Shown in pieces: positions 38,901-48,500 of a DNA stretch of 64,000 bases. The translations under genes were made by a program, and so were the position numbers. Each line of letters begins with the position of its first letter. Position 1 is the stretch's first letter. Origin of the DNA: Raillietiella orientalis (lineage: Eukaryota). The DNA lies in assembly GCA_036172245.1 (NCBI GenBank), contig JAYWIR010000004.1, positions 5,208,001 to 5,272,000 of the forward strand, read 5' to 3'. A model generated the notes under the pieces. It ran no database searches, was not told the origin of the DNA, and saw only the letters and a list, made by a program, of their open reading frames with translations.

Positions 38901-40887
38901 TCGTTGCCAAGGCAACACTGAAGGCCCCGACTGTCGTTGTCACAGGACGAAAGAAGACAGGGAATGTGGGGAACCTTTGACGACAAGTTCGACATGTGTC
39001 TTTCAAAACGCTGCATTGTTCCCCTGAGCATCTTTCCCTGAGGGAAGTGTCCCGCATCATGAGTACAGGATGGAATGCATGGTCCAGCTCTTCCACGCCT
39101 TTTGATCCCTACTTCTCGTTGCAAGAACCCCATCAAGATTCCCCGTTCAGTCATCTGTAGCACCCTCTGAGGTCTACTAGTCCTCCTGATGAGGGAGGCG
39201 ATATGATCATCTCTCACCGTGGGGGTGAACAGGGGGCCTTACCCTTTTCCCTCGAGGAGTCCCAGGAGGACCTCCGTCCTGGGCGCGGCTTCCGCTTGCG
39301 TCGGATGCAAGGGAAGACTTCAAGGAGATCTTCTGCAGCAGGGAGCGAGGGAGTCGCTCTCCTGCGCGCTCCCCATCGGGAAAATGGCTGATATCAATTC
39401 TGGGACCAGCGGAGCAGCCTCCGCGTTCGGCAACTCGCCGCCGCCGGCGCCTTCGCGAGGAATCAGCCCTCGAAAGCGCCGTCGAACGAATCGAAGCAGT
39501 GACTCCTTGCCCGCATCAGAGGCCATGCGGTTGCAGTCTCTGCGCGTGACACCACCAGATGTCGCCTGAACGACAATCTGAGCCCCTTGCTCTTCAGCAT
39601 TTACTCCGAATTGGCGCTGAGAACATACGGGAAGACTCTGTCTCGCCTGCCACGCTCATGCCCAGGCACACCGGACGTGTCAGAGTATGCGGGCGATCTT
39701 CTGCTGCTTACCATGTCCATCCTGGCGTCGGTGCTCGGAGATTTCTTCGGGCTAAGCTGAGGGACAGAACTAGAGGAGAACAGGGCGAAATCTTCTGTGG
39801 TAGGAGTCGGTTCGGCGTGGACAGGGAAGCTGGACTGGATCCGCTTGGGGATCCCCACGGCTAGGTACCTGAAGTACCTGGGCATCGCGTTGGGAGACTT
39901 CTGCCTGTCAGAAGCATGGTCAGGTCGTCTCCAGGAGGTAGAGTTGAAGATCAGCCCGTTCCTGGAAGGCCAGTTTCTCCTCCCGGAACGGGCTGCGGTG
40001 TGGAATGCGTTCGCAGCTCCCATCCTCCGCCCCTTGCTTTTTGTTTGCCCCGTCTCCCCCCCAGTTGAAGAAGCGAACAAAGGATCTCTTCCGTATCGCC
40101 CTGTGGGACAACGGGAGTCCCCGAGTGAAGCTGCAGGACTTATGCGCTCCGCGTCGGGACGGCGGTCTCGGCCTCCTGTCGATGGAGAGCTTGGAAATCC
40201 AGCTGCGATGGCGCACCATCGCCATCGCAGCGAAGTTGTGGAGCATCCCTTGGTGCGTTCCGGCCCGCCTCCTTGCCAGCCGTGTCTCCAGGACTCAAGG
40301 ACTCGCATCTCATCTTCTGGGCCCCGGCCGGAAGATCAGAAGATGCGGCCTTCTCCTTGGACGCATGGCCACACTGGCCAAGGAGAACGGCTGGATGGTA
40401 TGCAGCCCCGTCAACTCCTCCGCATGGCTGGAGGAATCTGTTGGAACGTGGGCGAAGTTAAATGCCCCGAGAAGTAACAGCTGGAACTGCCTGAGATTCG
40501 GGTCCTACACCCGCTGCACCCTGCGGACCATTCTGGAGTACCCTGAGAGCAGAATGAGGTCTGAGACCACCCCTTTAGCCACGGCGATACCCTTTCTGAC
40601 AAGGGCGCTTCACAGCAGCCGGACACCGAAGTGGCAAGCCCTCTGCCGTATCGCTGGCAGAGAGAAGATGAGCGGTTGGACTACGGGAGAGCTGTCAGAT
40701 GCTACGGTTCCGAGTGTTCTTCCGCGTGGACTTTTGCGATGGGGCGAGCTGCTCGGCATCCAGACGGATGATGACCTGAAGTGGCTCCCAGTGTTAAACG
40801 GATCCAGGATCCTCCCCCTCAATTGGCAAGAGTCGGCGCTCCTGTTGTTGCATTGGGGTCTACCCTGCAACGCCAGCCACTTCCATT

Positions 40888-40900
40888 GGACGAGGGGGAG
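40888..40900 (+). repeat. 13-bp target-site duplication, left copy (ggacgagggggag)
   Basis: Identical to 41548-41560; the two copies flank the antisense LINE fragment. Confidence 0.9.
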
Positions 40901-41547
40901 TTCCCACCCGGTCACGCCGGGGCGTTTATTTCTAAACTCTGTACATTTGCGGTACGAAGCCCGCTACGGCCAATAGATCGTGGGGCCTGCTGGGAAGCCG
41001 GTGCGCAGACCGGCTTGACTCTCCTCGGCAGCAGTGGGGATGTGGAAGAAAACAAAAATAAAAATAAAAAGGAAAACAAAAAAAAGAAACACTTGGGTGG
41101 GCCAGGAAGGGATCACTGTCCGCTGGAGGAAGAGACCATCCTTTCCAGGATTCCCTCGAGGTCCCTCTGCATAGCTCCCAGATGGGACCATCCGATCGCT
41201 ATTCGCAGGTAGCGACCCGCGTGTACGATGGGGTCCCCATCGCTGCTTCCTCTGTTGGCTGCGCTCCACTCAGCCACAATTCCTCGTAGGCAGCATAGCG
41301 CTGCCAGGACTGAGGCTGGTTGCAGGGAGTCTCTCACGAAGAGGAGTCGCACAACGTCTCTGGGGGGACCGCCGACCGGCATCCGGATTCCTTCTCCCCA
41401 CACACTGCACACTCTGTCCCACCTTCCCCAACGTCCAGTGATGGCGGCGCGCGTGGCAGGGAAGACTCCGGTGCAACAGCAGCAGCGCCGTTTCCTGCCA
41501 CTTGAGGGGGTGGATGGACATGTCTATAAATACCGGGGACCAATTTA
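40901..41547 (-). mobile_element. 647-bp 5'-truncated LINE copy of a related subfamily, inserted antisense
   Basis: Encodes PLKWQETALLLLHRSLPCHARRHHWTLG / ECAVCGEKES / LLFVRDSLQPASVLAALCCLRGIVAEWS...DLEGIL, homologous to the host copy. It has its own T-rich 3'UTR, AATAAA (40925-40930) and terminal hairpin, and is flanked by the TSD. Confidence 0.92.
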
Positions 41548-41560
41548 GGACGAGGGGGAG
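41548..41560 (+). repeat. 13-bp target-site duplication, right copy
   Basis: Identical to 40888-40900. Confidence 0.9.
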
Positions 41561-42163
41561 AGTAAACCCTGAGTGTGCGGGGAGAGGGAGTCCCTCCCCC
41601 ACCTGATAGTTGACTGTCCTGCCCTCTGGCCCCTGTGGGAACGTCTCGGAACGACCCTTGGGATACCGGTCAGCGACAACCCCAGTGACGTTTACAGCCT
41701 TCTCTTCGTGCGGGACGCCCTGCAGCAAGCCGCAGCTCTGGCAGCACTTTGCTGCATCCGTGGTATTGTGGCGGCTTGGAGTGAAGTCGAAGATGAAGAC
41801 GCCAACGAGAGGGACGCCATTCCGTATGCTGTTCGCTTCCTGAAGAGAGCTAGCGAATGGTCCCAGTTGAGTGGAATGAAGAAGGACCTCGAGGGCATCC
41901 TGCAAAGCATGGACCCCCTCTTAGTGGTCAGTGATCCCTTCCCGGCCCTCCAAATTCTTTTTTTTCTCTTATTGTTTTACTTTTCTTTTTGTTTTTTCCC
42001 CATTCCCTTCCACTGCGGAGGAGAGCCACGCTGGTCTGCGTCCCGGCGTCCCGGGAGGTCCTGAGAAATGGTGGCCGTTAGTGGGGCCTTGTACCACGTG
42101 TTGTAATGACTATATGAAGAATTTAAATAAACGTCCCGGCGTATCCGGGTGGCAACGCCAAAA

Positions 42164-42600
42164 CCTGGAGGAAGGCGGTTCATGGGGAACTGGTCGCAGA
42201 ACTCTCGGACTGAGCTTTTCAATCTGTCCCAGTCCGAGAGCGTGTGCAGTTGATGTCCTCGCAGAAGGGTGCGGAGATGCTCCGCTGCTCTTGCGAGGCG
42301 CAAGCAGTCCCCTGACAGGCGCCACGCTTGAGAGGCTCTTTCGCGCTTGTGTATCTCGAACACAAGTCGAGGGTGGTCGGACAGCTCTGACGGGAGCGCT
42401 CCACGATTTCCCACCCGTGTGCACAGGTGGTTGTCGAGGAACATGCGGTCTATGCTGTTCGCCGTCTCAGCGTCACCAGCCAAGTTGCTCGTTTACATGG
42501 TTGAGCACATCTCGTTGACCAGGCGTGCTTGTATATCGGACGCACCTGCCAGTATGCGACGTTAAAGTCGTCGGCTATTAGGTGTGCGCACGTACTCCAC
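42164..42600 (-). mobile_element. LINE ORF2 APE endonuclease C-terminal half (pseudogenised)
   Basis: LIADDFN (like GDFN, 42561-42581), NSIDRMFL, ELSDHPRL (SDH at 42373-42381), then WRLS and WDRLKSSVREFC, typical of L1/Tx1 post-APE sequence. Confidence 0.85.
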
Positions 42601-43550
42601 GACCTTCTGCTTCTCCTACCCGGTGGCGAGGCTTTCCGCCGCCGTCGCTGCTGCTGGAGTGGGCAGCTCTTCTACCGCCGACTGCCACGGCTTTTTCGTT
42701 TCCTGCGGTTTGTGTTTCTTCTTCTGCTGGTGTTGGTGGTTTGTTGGGAGGCCCGCGTCGACGACGACGGCAGAGCTGGGGAGCTCCGCGTTCTGCTCCG
42801 CTTTCCTCCTCCTTCTCGCCTCCACTTTCTCCACCCTTCTCGCCCTCGCCTCCGCTTCCCGAAGTCTCCGGGCGACGAGCTAGTCGGAGTACCTCTCGCA
42901 CTCCTTCTTGAGGTGCCCGGTCACTCTGCAGTGTTCACACTGAGAGGGCCTGGTGCAGTACTTCACGTAATGTCCAATCCGGCCGCACTTGAAGCAATGT
43001 GCCTTGGGGCAGGCACCCACGCGATGGCCAAAATCTTTGCAATCTGCACAAGGTGGGCTGCAGGCGGTTGCGCACCTGCACGTCTTGGGAATACTGGTGG
43101 ATGGCGAGGATTCCCGGGATCTTCGCGGCCGCAGATAGCTTCAACTTGACTCCGTGGTCTCCCCGGAGAAAATCTACTCCATTTGGTATTGGAAAACCAC
43201 CTTCTTAACCTCTCCGTATTGGGAGAACTCCCACATGTCTCTCTGGGTGGTGTTGCAGTGAACATCGTTCAGGCTAGACGGCAGTGGTTGACAGCTCTCC
43301 CGATCCCCGCAGCCTCCTTTCGTTGACGGCGATGCCCTTTTCGATGAGGGTCTCCTGCAGCGCCTTGTCCGCGGTGTAGACAGTGAAGCCTGTCGCTGAC
43401 GAAATAGTGGCTCGGAACAAGGAAATGGGAGGGGCTGGTGATGTTCTAGCGTGTGAAGGACGTGTGTCCGGATGGCCTGTGGTCATCCAGACCAGGCCGA
43501 GCTCCTCGCTGGTAATGCTCGCTCGTCACTGTTCCGGTGTCGGTCCGGGT
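42601..43550 (-). mobile_element. LINE ORF1 (gag-like) with three CCHC zinc knuckles, frameshifted and with stops
   Basis: CADCKDFGHRVGAC-CFKCGRIGHYVKYC-CEHCRVTGHLKKEC at 42898-43050 (translated manually), followed by a charged low-complexity tail. Confidence 0.9.
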
Positions 43551-43579
43551 TTTCCCCAGTTCGACTTGTGGTGGAATGA

Positions 43580-45370
43580 ATTTTTCAATATTCATTCATA
43601 CAAGTGTTCTGTGATGTCACTGGTTTTCAGTTTTCACTTTCAGGGTTAGTCTTCGGGCATCGAGTCACTGAGTTTGCGCGGGGAATTCACTCAGTGGACT
43701 ATGTTCCTGAATCCTTCGCAGGATGTAACAGTACGTCCAAGTGGGAAGACGCCCACAGCTTCTGATCCCAATTTCCCTCTTCACTAATCCTTTCAGGATT
43801 TCCACAGCTGGCACAATGTTTATTCCGATCCATATTTTTGCTCTTCTCACAACGATGCTCGTGATAAAGAGGGCGATGGTGATGAGGACCATTGGGTTGT
43901 ATCGAGGAACGTTGCCATTCCTTTCAAACATCCCTGCCAGGATCTCCATCTTGTTCATCCTCTGCAGGTCTATCACCTCCTTCAGCTTGGCCCAGTCCTG
44001 ATGCAGCGTCGGGCAGGTGAGAATCTGGAGTTGGGTTTCCCTGGTTCCACAGTTCTTGCACATCTCGTCCTGCGTGTTCCCTGACCAGTGTCTTTCTCGT
44101 TCGCTCGTCCAGTCGGCAGAAGGCCACTCCGAAGAGCATCTTGGGAAAGAGGACTCCTTTCGACAGGTTTGCCCTCTGCTTCAGGCAAAAGTCGAGTCGG
44201 ACGTATTTTCCAGACTCCTCTCGTTTTTCCCAGGATTTCTTTCCACACGTGTTTCAAAGCCGAGGCGTCACCGATGTGGATTCCCAGGTACTTGATTTCT
44301 TCCACCACTCGGAATCCTGTCTCCGTTAAGGTGGAGAAATCCAGGATTCCGATGGGCAATAGCTAGAATTTCTGGGCGTTGATCTTCAAGCCCAGTCTCT
44401 TTATGGACTCGACGACACCGAGGAACGAATGCTGATCCCTCTCGTCCTTCAGGAAGTAGAGGAGATAGTCCGCATACCCAGGTGCGTCAGTCTGTCGTCG
44501 TGTAGTTGTATTCCTTGCAAACGGCCGCCACAGTGCAACAGTGACGAAACCGCCTCCATGTACACCACGAACAGCATCGGACTAAGGGTGTCTCCTTGGC
44601 GGATTCCCCTCTCCATCCGGATGACTGCCGTATCTTGCCCATTGATGGTTATCTTGCAGTACTGTCCTTCGACATTCTTCTCCACGTAGTCGCCGAAGTA
44701 TTCCGGGTAGCCCAGTTTCCTCAAAATCTTCAGCAGCATGGTCTACGGTATCGAACGTCTCCATATCCGTACAGCCCAGCACCAGGTTGTCGCCGATGTA
44801 GCGACTGTAACCTATGGTGGTCTGGGCACACTTCACGTTGTCAGACATGCTGCATCCGGCCACCGAGCAAGTCTGCATTGGGAAGATGACGGATGGGAGC
44901 GTCTTCCTTAAGCGGTTGGCCCAGATCTCGGCCAACCCCTTTGCATCCGTGTTCAAGATGGAGATAGGCTGCCATTGGGTGACCTTGGTCAGGTCTCCTC
45001 CCTTTGGCAACAGTCTCATCCTGCTCTCGTCGAACGACTAGGGGAGTCTCCGTTCTTCTTGGATGCGAAGCGTCAGCTCGTGAAACAACCGCAGGTAGGT
45101 ATGTAGGTATCGCTGATAGTAGTGCGAGATGGACACGCAATCAGGGCCTGCAGCCACATCCTTGCGGAGTTCTCCGAATGTCTGCTTCACTTCTTCCATG
45201 GAGATTTCCTCTTCTAAGCTTTCTTACTGTTGCCTGGTAAACCTCTTCTGTAGATGTCGAACGAAAACGGCGGTCTTTCGTAGTCAAACATTTGCGTACC
45301 TCGGCATCGACCCGGACCGACACCGAGGTCCGCAAATGTTTGCTGTGAAGGATCGCCTACCCTTTTGAAT
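43580..45370 (-). mobile_element. L1/Tx1-like LINE RT domain plus C-terminal zinc finger and 3' end (pseudogenised, internally deleted)
   Basis: AAGPDC, LLPKGGDLTKVTQWQPISILNTDAK, ANRL, DMETFDTVDH, RGIRQGDTLSPMLF, YADY (~44465-44476), GLKIN, IKYLGI, then CKNCGTRETQLQILTC. The stop is at 43665 and there are several frameshifts. Confidence 0.93.
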
Positions 45371-45481
45371 GATCGACACAGCTCTCTGGCGGACGCTCAC
45401 GAAGTCCGGAGGAAATGAGGAATTTTCAGATTTATCATCCAAATTTTCCAAGGCATTTATTATTAAATTTTATTTATTATT

Positions 45482-45521
45482 ATTTATTATAAAATTTTAT
45501 GAATGAAATTTTATAATAAAT
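45482..45521. repeat. AT-only 16-bp inverted repeat within an A/T-rich patch
   Basis: atttattataaaattt-tatgaatg-aaattttataataaat. Confidence 0.85.
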
Positions 45522-48500
45522 TCGTCAAAATGTTTGAGGTAGAACACTTGGTTCTACCTTTGCGGAATGGGACGTCGCTTCTCGTGTTGGCTGGATGGCT
45601 CCATCTATTGCCTGGCTGAAGAACAAAATGAACGCATTTTCCTCCTGCCCCTAGGACTCTCGAACATTTGTTCCGTGCCCAACACCCTTCCGTTCTCTGA
45701 AGAGGCTTCATCTTGGAGACGCCCCTGCAGCCACGTGGCAGTTGTCTGGATCTAAGTGATCCGGAGCCAGCCTCTGGAAGGGGACGGGATGGTCAGGAGG
45801 TCGCTAGCGAGGCAACGAAACAGCTGGGGAGCTCCCGAGTGCGTGGCGGTCGCTTCCCGAAAAGAGCAACTTCGAGCTAAGGGGAAAAGCCCAGCTGGTG
45901 CTGCTGCCGCTCGCCTGCATCTCCCTGGAGGCCGGCCCCGGTTTCCAGGCAGCCCCACTTGAGAGGCACCCCCTGCCCACTGGCTCCGCGTGCCGGAGGT
46001 GTGCACATTCCACCCTCGCCTCTCCCGAGCGGGGGGTCCGCGCCACCCTCTTTTGGAAGGGAAACGGACCTTCCGGCATCCCTTCCAGGAGGATCCTTCC
46101 ATGTCCTGCGAGCCCACCCTCCTCTCGTTCCTCATTGCTGCCGTCGCTGGCGAGGCAGGGCGGGGCCACCCTTAGACCCCGCGAACACCATGTGCGCGCT
46201 CTCGGGCGGTACCGCAGGGCTCTCTCGAGGCACGGAGGACTCCGAGGGCGGCGGAGCGGTGCTCCAGGGACGTGGCGGCAGTGAAGGGGATGAAAGAGGG
46301 AGGAGTTGAGGGGGAGCGCCCCAGGGCATTCCTCTTCCTCCCGGGGGAAGGGAGAGGAGAGGAAGGAGGCGCTCCCACGAGCGGATGGCTCGTCCTCTCC
46401 CGTAAAAGGTGGAGTTGCCTCTCCTGGGGGTTCCGCGGCGGCACCTGCGGGAGGTGACGCGGAAAAGAGGGGCCGCGTGGCGCGCGCCCTACGTGGGATG
46501 GGACGGGCGGCTCGCTCCCTAATCCCGCGGTCCTCTCCTGCGACTAGGCGGCATCTGATCCCCTTGGGATTCCCCAGGTGGCATAGGAAACACCCACAGG
46601 GTCCCTCCACTTCCTGCCCTTTCGCCAGCGACCCTTCCCTTCCCTTCCCCATCCTTTCCTGTCGGCAGGGGCACTGACGCCGCCCTTCGATGAGAACTGC
46701 GCATCCGCAGGTTCAGCTTGGTTCGCCCTCTGGGAGCGGGTCGGGAGGGTTGCCATTGAACTCCAACGCCTCTAGCAAAGGCATCGGAAACGCGGTTTGA
46801 TCATCAAGAACGGGAAATGCGCTTGAGAGCGATGGAGAGGAGAAGGGGGGGCTTTTTATCTCCTCCCGTAGGTCCCACTCAGCACGCGCGTCCCTCAGAC
46901 GGGATGCCTCCCCTCCGAGCACACGTGCCGGCACAGTCCAAGGCCATCTGCAGCGATGCCCTCGGCGACACCTCCTTGGGCACTGCCCTCTCTGCAGAGG
47001 CCTCAACGACAGCTTCGAGAGACGGCGGTTCGAGCACCCCTGAGAGGGCATCGCCCGCGGAGGGTGACAGAAGGGGATCTTTGAGAGGGAAACAGAAAAG
47101 AGGTCTCTTGATGCCGTCTCCCGGACCCTGGCCCGTCGCACGCGTCCCGACTGGACCCGAAGCGCGCCCGTCATTCCTCTCCCCTGCGCACGCAGGGGTG
47201 GTCTTCGGCGCCGACACTGGAAATGATACTCGCATGGAGGAAGGAAGTCTTGGAGGAAGTAGTCGGCCATGGCTGCCGTTCTGCCTACCCCACCCCACCA
47301 CGAGTCACTGAGGGACAAGCAAACCTTCGTCCGCTCGTAGGGGAAAGGATACAAAGGAGCAAGTCGGTCCCGAGACTTCCTTCTCTCCCTTCTGACCGCC
47401 GGCAATGCACGATGACAACGGCGGCAGCTGCGTGCTCCTCGCGAGTCTTCCCGGCGGCCGCGGTCTGCCATGGACTGTGAGAAACGACGGAGGGCAACCG
47501 TGAAGTCGTCAGAAAGAGGCAGTCTGAGGAAAAAGAGGGGGGAGGAGGGGGAGACGAGCTCAGTTGTCCTGGAGAAGTCGGGGCACCATGTTCCAGAGCT
47601 CCTTTTCCTTCTTCCTCCTTGGAAACAGCTGCATCTGGAGGCTCGTCTGCGGGGTGAGAGGATGAAACAAGCCTGCCCTCGCTGCAGCTGGCTTCCGTCG
47701 GGGGAACGGGGGGTCAGGGAGGGCAATTCTCTAGGTAGGAGACAGTAGAAAGCGTGGAGGTAGTTCTAGCGTAGCGTAGCTGCGTTTCCCTGAGGCGGAG
47801 ACCCATCCCAGAGAAGAGCTTCGCGGACGGGGGGAGGAAGTGGGCTCTGGAGACGCCGCGCCGAAATTGCTCCGAACATCAGGAGCGGTCCTCCGTGAGA
47901 TCGGAAAGTGGCACGGGATCCTTGCCTCGGGGATCGTGCGGAACGGTCGTTCTTAGTTGGCACCCTCTCGGGAAGTTGAGAAAGCATTTGGGGTTCTAGC
48001 CCCGATGCTGTCCGCGGTGCAGCAGCGAGTCCCCATGATCCCTCTGAGGTTCCTCGGAAACCCGCGCTTTGAGAAAGGTTGCGTCGCAGTGGCAGCAGCA
48101 GTGAGCGAAGTGAGGAGGCAGCACCGTCGCAGCTCCATCCCAACGTAGCGCTTGCTCCTTCTTGGTCCGAGTTTGCCGCCTCCAGCTAGCCTAGGAATGA
48201 AGCAACTTCGAGTTCCTCCCACAGCCCGAGGCTTTCCTTTCGGAATCATCTCGGAATCTGCGCGCAGCCCGGGAACTCTACGTCCGCCGAGCGGGTCACG
48301 TGTGCACTTAACGCGTTGCGTTATATGCAGCCCGGCTCGTGCAGGGCTTCCTTCGGAGGAGGATCCTTCTCCCGGGAGTAGGATCTTGGCGGGTGCCTGC
48401 ATTTTCCTCCTGATGTTTGCCTCGGGCGAGCGGAGGGACTTGCCCGGCAGCCGTTGCGAAACGCGAGGTGTCCGTTGTGGAGGGGCTGCATCGAAGATGA

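Larger units (their letters stand above)
39680..42163 (+). mobile_element. L1/Tx1-like LINE, 3' half of ORF2 plus 3'UTR (pseudogenised), interrupted by an antisense insertion at 40901-41547
   Basis: Motifs: YAGD (decayed YADD, 39686-39697), NRAKS, KYLGI, LCAPRRDGGLGL, LLLLHWGLPCN. After the insert it resumes with ECA..ERESLPHLIVDC (C-terminal zinc finger), a T-rich 3'UTR, AATAAA at 42126-42131, a terminal hairpin and a short A4. Confidence 0.9.
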
